Below are positions 34,655-44,146 of a stretch of 56,427 bases of DNA, in pieces (position 1 is the first letter of the stretch; each line of letters opens with the position of its first letter). The position numbers and the translations under genes were made by a program. The notes beneath the pieces were generated by a model. That model had not been told where the DNA came from and did no database searches. It saw only the letters and a list, made by a program, of their open reading frames with translations. The stretch covers positions 1 through 56,427 of the forward strand of contig JBBTWT010000001.1 of the NCBI GenBank assembly GCA_038078615.1, given 5' to 3'. This stretch comes from Patescibacteria group bacterium. Lineage in GTDB: Bacteria; Patescibacteriota; Minisyncoccia; Moranbacterales; UBA1568.

Positions 34655-35443
34655 TTATTTCTCTTCATCCTGCCGCACGGCCTCTTCCTCGAACAGCCCC
34701 ATCATCTTCACCACTTCGTACGGGAACAGGCTTTCCCGGCCGACCAGTACTCCGTCCATCTGAGCCTCCAATGATACCGCCGCCAGAAAAGAGCTCTTGA
34801 CCGAACCGCCGTAGATAACGGGGATCTTTTCCGCGGTCTGCGCATCGAATGTTTCCGTCAGAAGTTTTCGCAAGAGCACTCTCACCTGCAGGATCTCCTG
34901 CGTCGATGGTACCGCGTCGGTGCCGATCGCCCAGCGCGGCTCATACGCGATGACGGTCTGCTCCGCCTGCGATTTCGAAAAGCCGGAGAAGATCGTATCC
35001 GTCTGCTCCGCGAGCACCCGGTCCGTCTCTTCCCGCCTCCGCTCCTCCCCCGTCTCTCCGATGCAGACGATCGGCGTGAGATGGTGCCTGATGGCCGCCA
35101 GGGCTTTCTCGCGGATCATCGCGTCGGTTTCTCCGGCATATTGCCTGCGCTCGCTGTGGCCGACGATGACATACTCCACGCCGTCATTCTTGAGCATGAT
35201 CGGCGAGATTTCTCCGGTATACGCCCCGTTTTTCTCGGGAAAAAGGTCCTGTGCGCCTTTGCGTATGCCTTCCGGCAGATGATCGAATTCCGCAAGATAC
35301 AGGAACGGAGGACAGACCGCTCCGATCACGTGCGCGTATCGCTTGCCTGCCATCTCGCGCCTGAGCACGGCGAGATACTGCGCGACCTCATCGCGCGAAA
35401 GCAGATTCATCTTCAGATTTCCTATGACATAAAATTTCCGCAT
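34655..35443 (-). CDS. tpiA: Triose-phosphate isomerase
   Basis: Motifs IGNLKMN, VIVGHSERR and IAYEPRWAIGT are present. Confidence 0.9.
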   Translation of the reverse strand: MRKFYVIGNLKMNLLSRDEVAQYLAVLRREMAGKRYAHVIGAVCPPFLYLAEFDHLPEGIRKGAQDLFPEKNGAYTGEISPIMLKNDGVEYVIVGHSERRQYAGETDAMIREKALAAIRHHLTPIVCIGETGEERRREETDRVLAEQTDTIFSGFSKSQAEQTVIAYEPRWAIGTDAVPSTQEILQVRVLLRKLLTETFDAQTAEKIPVIYGGSVKSSFLAAVSLEAQMDGVLVGRESLFPYEVVKMMGLFEEEAVRQDEEK

Positions 35444-35451
35444 ACCGTATT

Positions 35452-36489
35452 CTATCGCAGTGGTTGATCCAATTGCAGACGCAAGTATTCAGCGGCCTTC
35501 TCCGGCTGGATGGTGGATATCTCTATTCCTGTCGAGAGCTCGAAGCCGGCCCACACGGCCGTATGCGGCAGGATCTCGATATGCCACTGATAGTGCGGAT
35601 AATCCTTCCCATCGCACGGCGCCGTGTGGATATAGAAATTGTACGGAGGATCGTTCAGCCCCTGATAGATCGCAAAGAGCGCTTTCTGCATCGCTTCCGC
35701 CGCGGCGAATTTCTCCTCGTCGATGATGCGCTCGAAATAGGGATTGGCGCGCTTGCCGACTATCCAGACTTCGAAGGCGACACGCGAGGCGAACGGGCAG
35801 AAAGCGATGAAATGCTCGTTTTCGAAAACAATCCGCTTCTTGGATTCGCTCTCATATTCCGCCATCACACCGTAGACCGTGCGCTTGGTGCTCCGATAGT
35901 ACCGTTCCGCCCCTTTGAGCTCGAGATCGATATACGGCGAAACGACCGGGATGGCCATCAGTTGCGAGTGCGGATGCGCGATCGATGCTCCGGCCTCTTT
36001 GCCATGATTATGAAAAATCTGGATATAGTTGACGCTCTTCTTGTTCATCAGCGCGAGATAGCGTTCCTGATACGCATCGAATACCTCCGCTCCCTGCCAT
36101 ACCTCGAGGAGCGCGAGCGAGCGTCTCTTGTCCCGCGTCACCACGATCTCGTTGTATCCCGCTCCCGTCATCGAGAAATACGGTCCTTCGGAAAGCTCGC
36201 GTGCGGCTCGGCCGCGCGAGAACGCCGGGTATTTGTTCGGAAATACCCGCAGGCTCCAATCGCCGTTATCCTGCCGATAGATCAGAACATCTTTTTCCTG
36301 GCCGCTTTCTTCCGGACTTTCGAAAGGATCGTTCGTATAGTCCGGGGCGCTGCGCTGGAACGCGACGAACTCGTCCGGACGCTTGGCGCGCCCGGTCGCG
36401 ATCACCACGAAATCGCCGGTGACGATATCCTGGCGCAGTTCCGACTCATACGGGACTTTTTTGTTTTTTTCGGTTTCGCTTGGGGACAT
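35452..36489 (-). CDS. galT: Galactose-1-phosphate uridylyltransferase family (HIT superfamily)
   Basis: It has the HNHGKEAGASIAHPHSQLMA (HxHxQ) active-site motif. Confidence 0.75.
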   Translation of the reverse strand: MSPSETEKNKKVPYESELRQDIVTGDFVVIATGRAKRPDEFVAFQRSAPDYTNDPFESPEESGQEKDVLIYRQDNGDWSLRVFPNKYPAFSRGRAARELSEGPYFSMTGAGYNEIVVTRDKRRSLALLEVWQGAEVFDAYQERYLALMNKKSVNYIQIFHNHGKEAGASIAHPHSQLMAIPVVSPYIDLELKGAERYYRSTKRTVYGVMAEYESESKKRIVFENEHFIAFCPFASRVAFEVWIVGKRANPYFERIIDEEKFAAAEAMQKALFAIYQGLNDPPYNFYIHTAPCDGKDYPHYQWHIEILPHTAVWAGFELSTGIEISTIQPEKAAEYLRLQLDQPLR

Positions 36490-36527
36490 TTGGTTTTGGG
36501 ATTGTATTTTTGCCGCACACGTGCAGC

Positions 36528-37295
36528 TTATGCGGACTTCTTTCTGGTGTATTCCCTGGTATGATACGCGCCGGTCAAAAAACGTATTCTCGTCTTGAAC
36601 AGATCAATGAGCACCCGGATGAATCCGTTCGGCCCCGTCAGACTCACGGTAGAGCCTTCCTCGTTCATCCAACGCACCGGAAGTTGTTTCACTTTGAAGC
36701 CGAGCTTGAGAGCCAGAGCTATAAGTTCGAAATCAAATCCGAAGCGGTCCACGACCATCCGGCTCGCTATTTCCTTGGCCGCTGTCTCAGAGAGGATCTT
36801 GAATCCGCACTGCGTGTCCGGATAGCTCCAGAGTCCCAGCACGATGCGGATGAGCCAGTTGCCTCCTTCGCCCATGATTTCCCGATGTTTCGGCTGATGC
36901 ACCTGGATGAAAGAACCTTCAATCTTGCGCGAACCGATGATCACATCGCAGCTGGAATCGAAGTGCGTCGAAAAAGAATCCAGATGCGTGATAGATGTGG
37001 AGCCGTCGGCATCCAAGAAGAGCCTCCATTTCCCCCGTGCTTCCAGCAGCCCCTGCCGTACTACATAGCCTTTGCCGTGGTTCTCTTTGTTATCAATGAC
37101 GCGCAGATGAGGAATTTGCAGAGCATAGTTGCGAGCCACCTCGGCGGTATTGTCCGGAGATCCATCCACGATGACAATGATTTCATACGTATAACTCTTC
37201 CCCTTCAGGTATCTGTCTATCTCAAGCAGATTGCGTCCGATGCGATCACCCTCTTTGTAAGCAGGGACGATCACCGAAAGAAACGACTGTTCCAT
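36528..37295 (-). CDS. Glycosyltransferase family 2 (dolichyl/polyprenyl-phosphate glycosyltransferase-like)
   Basis: Motifs LSVIVPAYKEGDRI and FLDADGST (DxD) are present. Confidence 0.8.
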   Translation of the reverse strand: MEQSFLSVIVPAYKEGDRIGRNLLEIDRYLKGKSYTYEIIVIVDGSPDNTAEVARNYALQIPHLRVIDNKENHGKGYVVRQGLLEARGKWRLFLDADGSTSITHLDSFSTHFDSSCDVIIGSRKIEGSFIQVHQPKHREIMGEGGNWLIRIVLGLWSYPDTQCGFKILSETAAKEIASRMVVDRFGFDFELIALALKLGFKVKQLPVRWMNEEGSTVSLTGPNGFIRVLIDLFKTRIRFLTGAYHTREYTRKKSA

Positions 37296-37339
37296 ACGGC
37301 GGTAAAGCTCATAAATTACACCATCATTCTAACACAAAA

Positions 37340-37369
37340 CAAAAAACTCCGCACTCTTTGGGAGTACGG
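37340..37369 (-). terminator. Rho-independent terminator after ruvX
   Basis: The minus strand reads CCGTACTCC-caaa-GAGTGCGG followed by AGTTTTTT. Confidence 0.6.
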
Positions 37370-37418
37370 CATGAAATCAAGAGAGGTGTGGACGGCACAA
37401 TGCGCCATGCGCGACAGG

Positions 37419-37820
37419 TCAAACCGCCTTCTTATCCAGCCACTCTTGCAGGATAATCCGAGCGGCTTCTTCGTCATTATGCTTGGAAACGCCTTTCTCT
37501 CCGCGCTCGATCAGGTTGGCTTGAGCCATCTTGGTCGTGAACATCTCGTTCTGATATTCCACCACCACGCCGAAACGCTCGGCAAGCGTTTTCCCGAGTT
37601 TTTCCCCTTCTGATTTCTCCTTTGCGCGATGGATGTATTCCGGTATGCCGACAACGATGGTGCTGACAGCCTCGGACGCGATGATCTCGCCCAGGCGCCG
37701 CAAAAAATTACCATCGTTCGGAAGCGTCGCGTACGCGAGCGCCACGCCGGTTTCTTGGTGCGCGAGCGCCACGCCGATCTTCGCGGATCCCCAATCGATT
37801 CCTAAATAATTTTGAGACAT
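37419..37820 (-). CDS. ruvX: Holliday junction resolvase RuvX (YqgF)
   Basis: It has the N-terminal YLGIDWGSAKIGVALA motif. Confidence 0.85.
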   Translation of the reverse strand: MSQNYLGIDWGSAKIGVALAHQETGVALAYATLPNDGNFLRRLGEIIASEAVSTIVVGIPEYIHRAKEKSEGEKLGKTLAERFGVVVEYQNEMFTTKMAQANLIERGEKGVSKHNDEEAARIILQEWLDKKAV

Positions 37821-37850
37821 ATACTATATGATATCACTGCAAAAGTTTAT

Positions 37851-37937
37851 GAGAAAAAATTCCAGAAGTTTTTTAGGGAACCATGTGGCGAAACCTCTTC
37901 GGCGCGGTTCATCTAAAAACTTCTGGAGTTTTTTCTC
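37851..37937. repeat. Palindromic intergenic element 'D', copy 1
   Basis: GAGAAAAAATTCCAGAAGTTTTTTAG...CTAAAAACTTCTGGAGTTTTTTCTC encloses GAACCATGTGGCGAAA..TTCGGCGCGGTTC. A second copy lies at 55935-56049. Confidence 0.85.
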
Positions 37938-38007
37938 TTTTCCGCTACTGACAAAGCGCCTACAAAAGAAAAAAGTGCTTCTGTGAAAATACTGTCGATT
38001 CACCGTT

Positions 38008-38781
38008 CTAGCACTTCGTCACCACATCCGCGCCATGTTCCGTGATGACCACCGTGTCTTCGAAATGAGCGCTCCACTGCCCGTCAGCGGTCACGAATGT
38101 CCAGCCGTCTGACGCAACCTTTACGGCATACGTCCCTAGATTCACCATCGGCTCAAGGGCGAGCGTCATACCCTGCTTTACGATGAAGTCGTCCATCTCA
38201 CGCGGAATATAGTTAGGCACTTGCGGGTCTTCGTGCAGCTCGTGCCCGACGCCGTGGCCCACCAGATCGCGCACGACCGAAAAACCGTTCGCTTCGACGA
38301 ATCCCTGCACCGTCCTGGCATATGCCGAGATATGTGCGCCTGGGCGCAGCTCTGTGATACCGCGTCGCAGACTCTCTTTTGTCACCGCGACGAGCTTCTG
38401 CGCTTCGGGCGAGACTGCCCCAATCATAACCGTCCGCGCCATATCGCTTACCATACCCTTGTAACGCATACCGATATCAAGTTTCAAAAGATCTCCTTCG
38501 CGTAAAATTCTATCGGCGCGCGGGATGCCATGCACCACTTCCTCATTGAGCGATGTGCAGACCGTCGCGGGAAAAGGCTCCGCAGCACCCGATTCATACC
38601 CCTTGAAGATGGGAGTCCCTCCGGATTCGCGGATCAGTTCTTCAGCCAAGACATCCAGACGAAGCGTCGAAACCCCGGGCCAGACAGACGCGATGACCGT
38701 TTCGAGCACGTTCGCCAGACGTTTGCCGGATTCCCGCAAACGTCCGATCTCATCTTCTGTCTTGATACGGGCCGAGCTCAT
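38008..38781 (-). CDS. map: Type I methionine aminopeptidase
   Basis: Pita-bread fold motifs are present: GDLLKLDIGMRYKGMVSDMARTV, GHGVGHELHEDP and the LALEPMV pattern. The ATG at 38781 is preferred over the ORF start at 38817. Confidence 0.88.
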   Translation of the reverse strand: MSSARIKTEDEIGRLRESGKRLANVLETVIASVWPGVSTLRLDVLAEELIRESGGTPIFKGYESGAAEPFPATVCTSLNEEVVHGIPRADRILREGDLLKLDIGMRYKGMVSDMARTVMIGAVSPEAQKLVAVTKESLRRGITELRPGAHISAYARTVQGFVEANGFSVVRDLVGHGVGHELHEDPQVPNYIPREMDDFIVKQGMTLALEPMVNLGTYAVKVASDGWTFVTADGQWSAHFEDTVVITEHGADVVTKC

Positions 38782-38788
38782 ATGGTTC

Positions 38789-39445
38789 CTATGCTTTGAT
38801 GCCGTCCATGATATCACGGGAGATCGCTACCGCGTCCTGATCGCCATCAACGCGCAGCAATAGCCCCTCGTCTGCGAAATATTCTATCACCGGCAGCGTT
38901 TCCGACTGGAAAATCTGAAAACGTTTACGTACTCCTTCCTTGGTATCATCCTTGCGCTGACCGATCTTTCCTCCACACACGCCGCACACAGTATCAGCGG
39001 ACAAAATATCTTTTCCAAGAATATACGGCCGATAGCAGCCGAAACACAAATAACGCTTCGAGATGCGGCTGATCGATGTTTCTTCCGGAAGATCGATATA
39101 AATGACGCGGCTGATAGAGCGGCCGAGCGCCTGCAGTACCGTCGTCACCTCGTCTATCTGGGAAGTGCGGCGCGGCGCCCCATCGAGCAAAAGCCCCTGC
39201 GATTCGGGGATCCGCCTGATGGCTTTCTCGAATACCAGTTTCATGATCGCATCGGATGTCAGTGAGTGTTTGAGATGGATGGTCTCATTGATTTCCCGAC
39301 CGAGCGGCGTATCCTCTTCGGCAGCAGCGCGCAACTCTGCGCCGATATCGATATGCGCCAGATTGAGCGCTTTTTTCAACAGTTCGGCCTGCGTGCTTTT
39401 CCCGCTTCCTGGCGGCCCGAGTAAAATATAATTTCCGATAGACAT
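38789..39445 (-). CDS. adk: Adenylate kinase (zinc-lid type)
   Basis: It has the P-loop ILLGPPGSGKSTQAELL and lid cysteines CFGC...CGVCGG. Confidence 0.9.
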   Translation of the reverse strand: MSIGNYILLGPPGSGKSTQAELLKKALNLAHIDIGAELRAAAEEDTPLGREINETIHLKHSLTSDAIMKLVFEKAIRRIPESQGLLLDGAPRRTSQIDEVTTVLQALGRSISRVIYIDLPEETSISRISKRYLCFGCYRPYILGKDILSADTVCGVCGGKIGQRKDDTKEGVRKRFQIFQSETLPVIEYFADEGLLLRVDGDQDAVAISRDIMDGIKA

Positions 39446-39469
39446 GCTGGTGTGATAAAAATGCCTCCT

Positions 39470-40741
39470 CTAGAAAGTCTCGTAGCTGCGCATCGTCAGC
39501 TGGCTCTGTACATGCTTCACCGTTTCCAGCACGACGGATACGACGATAAGGATGCTGATTCCGCCGATGGAGAATGCCTGGATGCCGGTGATGCCCTGCA
39601 CGATGAACGGCAATACCGCGATCGCGCCGAGAAAGAACGCCCCGGCCAGCGTGATCCGGTTGATGATGTGGTAGAGATATTCCGCCGTCGTATTGCCCGG
39701 ACGGATGCCGGGAATATACCCCCCTTGCTTCTGGAGATTGTCCGCGATCTTGACCGGGTCGAACACGACCGCCGTGTAGAAATATGTGAACACCACGATC
39801 AAGAAAAAGTACAGCGTGCCGTACACCCACTGGTCCTGCAGCCAGGCGCTCAGGCCAAGCGCGATGCTCGCGATCTTCGCATTGCCGCTCTGCGCGAGAA
39901 AATTCGCCATCATCGTCGGGATGAGGATGAGCGATACCGCGAAGATGATCGGGATGACGCCCGCCTGATTGACGCGCAGCGGCAGGTGCGTCGCCGCGCC
40001 GCCGTACACCTGCGCGCCGCGCACGCGTTTGGCGTACGCCACCGGTATCGTCCGCTGCCCCTCATTGACGAAGATCACGCCGGCGATGGTGATCGCGGCC
40101 ACGAGCGCGAACAGGAGATAGGTGAAAACCTGCGAAGGATCCCAGGTGGAAATAAAACGCGAGACGCCGGTCGGCAGGCTCGATACGATACCGGCGAAGA
40201 TGATCATCGAGACGCCGTTGCCCAGGCCTTTTTCCGTGATGAGTTCGCCAAGCCACATAAGGAAAATCGTTCCGGCCGTCGCGCTCACGATGATCACCAC
40301 CATATCGAACGCGGCGATATCACCTAAGACATTCTGAGAACGCAGGAGTGAAAGCATGCTGAAGGACTGGAGCACGGCCAATGGCAGGGTGATCCAGCGC
40401 GTCCACATATTGAATTTCTGCCGCCCGGTCTCGCCTTCCTCCTTGTAGAGGCGCTCGAGGCTCGGGACGATCGTAGTCAGAAGCTGCATGATGATCGATG
40501 CCGTGATATAGGGGGCGACACCGAGCAGCACGATGGAGATGTTGGAAAGTCCGCCGCCCGAAAAGACGTTCAGCAGGCCAAGGAACGCATTGTCTTCGAA
40601 CAGGCGTTTCAGCGCCAGCACGTCCACTCCCGGAAGAGGGATGTTGGCGGCGATGCGGTATATGACAAGCAACCCGAGAATGAAGAGGATCTTATTCCGG
40701 AGCTCGGTTATCCTGAAGATGTTGAGAAAGGTTTCGCGCAT
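39470..40741 (-). CDS. secY: Preprotein translocase subunit SecY
   Basis: 423 aa and polytopic. It contains LGVAPYITASIIMQLL and lies in the conserved rplO-secY-adk context. Confidence 0.92.
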   Translation of the reverse strand: MRETFLNIFRITELRNKILFILGLLVIYRIAANIPLPGVDVLALKRLFEDNAFLGLLNVFSGGGLSNISIVLLGVAPYITASIIMQLLTTIVPSLERLYKEEGETGRQKFNMWTRWITLPLAVLQSFSMLSLLRSQNVLGDIAAFDMVVIIVSATAGTIFLMWLGELITEKGLGNGVSMIIFAGIVSSLPTGVSRFISTWDPSQVFTYLLFALVAAITIAGVIFVNEGQRTIPVAYAKRVRGAQVYGGAATHLPLRVNQAGVIPIIFAVSLILIPTMMANFLAQSGNAKIASIALGLSAWLQDQWVYGTLYFFLIVVFTYFYTAVVFDPVKIADNLQKQGGYIPGIRPGNTTAEYLYHIINRITLAGAFFLGAIAVLPFIVQGITGIQAFSIGGISILIVVSVVLETVKHVQSQLTMRSYETF

Positions 40742-40803
40742 GGCAGAAAAATCAGTTCCTAAATACGCACTGGAATAGGTTCGGACGATGCGATCAGTAT
40801 ATC

Positions 40804-41229
40804 CTATTCAGCGACCGTTTGAAAGGAAGCTTTGGCCTTCTCCGAAGCGGCGACATCGTTTCCCAATATGAGTTTTTTTGTGAGCACGCCGGTAGCGACG
40901 ATCTTGACGCCGCGCGTCAGCGCTGTTTTCGGCGCCACCTTTTTTTCGATCAGTGCGGCGATCATGACCGTTTCACCGGAAACAAACGCGCTTTCAAGCT
41001 CCGCCAGCGTGACGAGGCATCTTTTCCGGTGGATGGACTTGAATCCGCGCACTTTTTTCAGACGCTCGAGAAACGTCGAGCGGCCGCCTTCGAAGAGCGG
41101 GTCGACGGATGCGCCGGAACGGGATTTCTGCCCGTTGCTGCCGCGGCCGGCGGTCGTACCGCGCTTGCCGCCGCGTCCGATCAGTTTGCGCTTCTTCCTT
41201 TTTGCGACTGAGAGTTGATGTATCTGCAT
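40804..41229 (-). CDS. rplO: 50S ribosomal protein L15
   Basis: It contains RKLIGRGGKRGTTAGRGSNGQKSRSG and lies in the spc operon order. Confidence 0.9.
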   Translation of the reverse strand: MQIHQLSVAKRKKRKLIGRGGKRGTTAGRGSNGQKSRSGASVDPLFEGGRSTFLERLKKVRGFKSIHRKRCLVTLAELESAFVSGETVMIAALIEKKVAPKTALTRGVKIVATGVLTKKLILGNDVAASEKAKASFQTVAE

Positions 41230-41250
41230 AAAGAATCTCGTTTCAAAGTC

Positions 41251-41799
41251 TTATGTATTACCGCGAGGCTCCGCGTCCGCCAGCTGGCGGATCGAGGCGG
41301 TCTCTGCCGATACCGCTTTAGCCTTGGGAACGCGAGGAGCCTTCAACTGCTGGAGGGCTTTCACGGTGACGCGGGCGACATTGAGCGGGTTGGAGGCGCC
41401 GAGAGATTTGGAGACGATATCTCTCACCCCCAGGAGGTTCACGACGGAACGGACGGCTCCGCCGGCGATGATGCCTCGTCCTTCCGACGCCGGCTTGAGC
41501 AGTACCCTGGCGCTGCCGAGTTTCGCCGAGACATCGTGGGAGATGGTGGATCCGGCCAGCTGGATGGTCACCATATTCTTCTTCGCGTCATTGAACGCTT
41601 TCTGTATGGCGTCGGACACGTCGGATCCCTTGGCGACACCGACACCGACTTTGCCCTTGCGGTTGCCGATCACCAAGGTGGCGCGGAAACGGAAACGGCG
41701 GCCGCCCTTCACGACGCGCGTGACGCGCGCCAGATCAAGGAGCTTCTGATCGAACTCCGGCTTTTCCCGCCTGCCCATTTTTCTTCCTGGCTTTGCCAT
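41251..41799 (-). CDS. rpsE: 30S ribosomal protein S5
   Basis: It contains VTRVVKGGRRFRFRATLVIGNRKGKVGVGVAKG. Confidence 0.92.
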   Translation of the reverse strand: MAKPGRKMGRREKPEFDQKLLDLARVTRVVKGGRRFRFRATLVIGNRKGKVGVGVAKGSDVSDAIQKAFNDAKKNMVTIQLAGSTISHDVSAKLGSARVLLKPASEGRGIIAGGAVRSVVNLLGVRDIVSKSLGASNPLNVARVTVKALQQLKAPRVPKAKAVSAETASIRQLADAEPRGNT

Positions 41800-41810
41800 A
41801 ATTGTCTCTA

Positions 41811-42167
41811 TTAAAATTGAAGTCCACCGGCGCGAGCCGCTTCGGCCAGCGCTTTCACCTTGCCGTGATACCGGTACCCGGAACGGTCGAAGATCGCTTT
41901 TTTCACGCCGAGATTCGTCAGGCGCAGCGCGATCTCCTTGCCGACGAGCGCCGCTCCCTCGACCGTGTGCTTGGCTTTCTTGCCGAGTTCGGCGCGATTC
42001 GCCTGCGCGAGCGTTCTGCCCGACACGTCGTCGATCGCCTGTACCGAGATATTCCGGAGGCTGCGGAATACCGAGAGGCGCGGACAGGATGCCGTACCGA
42101 CAAGCTTGGCACGCACCCGGCGCTTGCGCTCGAATCGCTTCACTTTTCTGATCTCCCGTTTCAACAT
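41811..42167 (-). CDS. rplR: 50S ribosomal protein L18
   Basis: It contains RKRRVRAKLVGTASCPRLSVFRSLRNISVQAID. The ATG at 42167 is preferred; the longer TTG-initiated ORF reads through the repeat element. Confidence 0.9.
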   Translation of the reverse strand: MLKREIRKVKRFERKRRVRAKLVGTASCPRLSVFRSLRNISVQAIDDVSGRTLAQANRAELGKKAKHTVEGAALVGKEIALRLTNLGVKKAIFDRSGYRYHGKVKALAEAARAGGLQF

Positions 42168-42274
42168 AATTCTTTCGCTTATAGCTGTTAGCTTCCCGCT
42201 TTCAGCTTCCGACTTGCGACTTCTAAGGATCGAATTTCCTAAAAGCCGGGAGCTGGAAGCCAAAAGCTGTTTCT
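42168..42274. repeat. AGCT-periodic palindromic spacer element 'E1' between rplF and rplR
   Basis: It is colinear and highly similar to 46491-46600. The arm 42183-42196 pairs with 42255-42268 (12 of 14 bp). Confidence 0.8.
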
Positions 42275-42811
42275 CTAGGCGGCGGCCTTCTTGCCTTCCT
42301 TGCGGCGCACGACTTCGCCGACATACCGGAATCCCTTGCCCTTGTACGGTTCGACCGGTTTCAGCTTCCTCACCGTCGCGGCGAATTCCCCCACTTTCTG
42401 CTTGTCGATACCGGATATCGTCATGAGATTCCCCTCTATCTTCGCTTCCAGGCCTTCCGGGATCGCCATCGCTACCGGATGGGAGAATCCGAGAGCCATA
42501 TTCAGCTTTTTCCCCTGGACAGCCATGCGGAATCCGACGCCGTTCAGTTCGAGCTGTTTCTGAAAATCGGCGACGGTGCCGGCGATCATATTGGCGATGA
42601 GTTTCGCGGTCGTGCCCCAGATGGCCTGCGCGCGCTTGGTATCCCCGACTTTCGTGACGGTCACGACGTTTTCCGCGACGGCCACTTTCACCTCGCGGCG
42701 ATGCGCAAACTCAAGCGTTCCTTTCGGACCCTTGACGGAAATCACGTTGGCGGAGAGTTTCACCTCCACGCCTGCCGGGATACTGACTGGTTTTTTTCCG
42801 ATTCTGCTCAT
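42275..42811 (-). CDS. rplF: 50S ribosomal protein L6
   Basis: The protein begins MSRIGKKPVSIPAGVEV. Confidence 0.92.
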   Translation of the reverse strand: MSRIGKKPVSIPAGVEVKLSANVISVKGPKGTLEFAHRREVKVAVAENVVTVTKVGDTKRAQAIWGTTAKLIANMIAGTVADFQKQLELNGVGFRMAVQGKKLNMALGFSHPVAMAIPEGLEAKIEGNLMTISGIDKQKVGEFAATVRKLKPVEPYKGKGFRYVGEVVRRKEGKKAAA

Positions 42812-42838
42812 ATGTATTCGCTCTTAGCGCTGTTCAGA

Positions 42839-43243
42839 TTACCACACTCTGCAGAGATACTCTCCGCCCAAACCGCGGCGATACGCCTCCGCTCCCGTCA
42901 TCACTCCCTCGGAAGTGGACACGATCGCGATGCCGTAGCCGTTCTTCACTTTTTTGATCTCGCTCTTTTTCACATAGATGCGGCAGCCCTGCTTGCTCAC
43001 GCGCGTCACTTCCCGGATGGCCGGCGTCTTCTTGGTCGGAGACACGACGGTATACTTGAGCCAGATGCACAGGATATCTCTCACGCCATCCGCCTGCTGT
43101 TCGATGCGGTCGACGAATCCTTCCCGTTCCAGGATGGAGGCGATGGTGTGTTTGAGCTTCGACGTGCGCATGGTCACCTTGGCATGGCCGGCGGCCTGCG
43201 CATTGCGAATTCTCGTCAACATGTCTGCGATTGGGTCTAACAT
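42839..43243 (-). CDS. rpsH: 30S ribosomal protein S8
   Basis: The protein begins MLDPIADMLTRIRNA. Confidence 0.92.
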   Translation of the reverse strand: MLDPIADMLTRIRNAQAAGHAKVTMRTSKLKHTIASILEREGFVDRIEQQADGVRDILCIWLKYTVVSPTKKTPAIREVTRVSKQGCRIYVKKSEIKKVKNGYGIAIVSTSEGVMTGAEAYRRGLGGEYLCRVW

Positions 43244-43253
43244 ACTGTATGAT

Positions 43254-43335
43254 TTAGCGTTTAGCGTCTAGCGCTTAGCGATGAGGGTTGTTCTTTCTGA
43301 AAGATTGTCACCCTAATCGCTAAACGCTCAACGCT
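43254..43335. repeat. Long imperfect hairpin built from inverted heptamer arrays (TTAGCGT-type), between rpsN and rpsH
   Basis: 43263-43288 pairs with 43310-43335 (about 22 of 26 bp). The 5' arm is TTAGCGT TTAGCGT CTAGCGC TTAGCGA. Confidence 0.8.
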
Positions 43336-43342
43336 GCTCGAT

Positions 43343-43528
43343 TTACCAGGAGGCTTTCTTCACTCCGGGGATCTCGCCCTTGTTGGCAAGTTCGCGGAAA
43401 CAGATGCGGCAGAGGTCGAATACGCGCAGATATCCGCGTTTCCGACCGCATTTCCAGCACCGCCTGACGATGCGGGTCGAAAATTTCGGAGTTTTGAGCG
43501 CTCGCGCCGCCGTAGATGTCTTGGCCAT
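43343..43528 (-). CDS. rpsN: 30S ribosomal protein S14 type Z (zinc-binding)
   Basis: 61 aa, containing [38 protein letters not shown]. Confidence 0.92.
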   Translation of the reverse strand: MAKTSTAARALKTPKFSTRIVRRCWKCGRKRGYLRVFDLCRICFRELANKGEIPGVKKASW

Positions 43529-43543
43529 ATGGGTTTCGATGTA

Positions 43544-44119
43544 TTACTTCGCTTTCTTATCCTTCTTCGCCGCTTCCTGCTGAAGCGGGAGCCCCAGCAG
43601 CCGGAACAACGTTTCCCCCTCCGCCTTGTTTTTCGCCGTCGTGACGATGTTCACCTGAAAACTGAAGATGTGCTGCACTTTTTCCGCGACGATTTCCGGA
43701 AACACCGTATGCTCCTTGATGCCGAGATTGCAGTTGCCTCCCTGATCGATGGCGCTTCTCGGAATCCCCTGAAAGTCTCGTACGCGCGGCAACGCCACAT
43801 TGAGCAGACGGTCCAGGAAATCCCACATGCGCTTGCCATGCAGTGTCACGCGGGCGCCCACTTCCAATCCCTCGCGGGTCTTGAAGCCGGCGATGGCCTT
43901 GCGAGCCTTGGTCTGCAGCACTTTCTGCCCGGTGATAGCCTCCAGGGAGGCGATCGTCTCTTCCACGCGCTTCGTGTCCTTCAGCACCTTGCCGGTGCCG
44001 ACATTCACGACGATCTTTCCGATACGCGGAACAGCCATCGGGTTCTTGATACCGAGCTCCTTCTGCATGGCAGGAACGGCTTTTTCGCTGTAGATTTTCT
44101 TGGTGAGCGGCATGTTCAT
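43544..44119 (-). CDS. rplE: 50S ribosomal protein L5
   Basis: It contains QKVLQTKARKAIAGFKTREGLEVGARVTLHG and sits in the conserved operon position. Confidence 0.92.
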   Translation of the reverse strand: MNMPLTKKIYSEKAVPAMQKELGIKNPMAVPRIGKIVVNVGTGKVLKDTKRVEETIASLEAITGQKVLQTKARKAIAGFKTREGLEVGARVTLHGKRMWDFLDRLLNVALPRVRDFQGIPRSAIDQGGNCNLGIKEHTVFPEIVAEKVQHIFSFQVNIVTTAKNKAEGETLFRLLGLPLQQEAAKKDKKAK

Positions 44120-44146
44120 ATGAGATCTTCTTCTCTCCCGGTTTGA

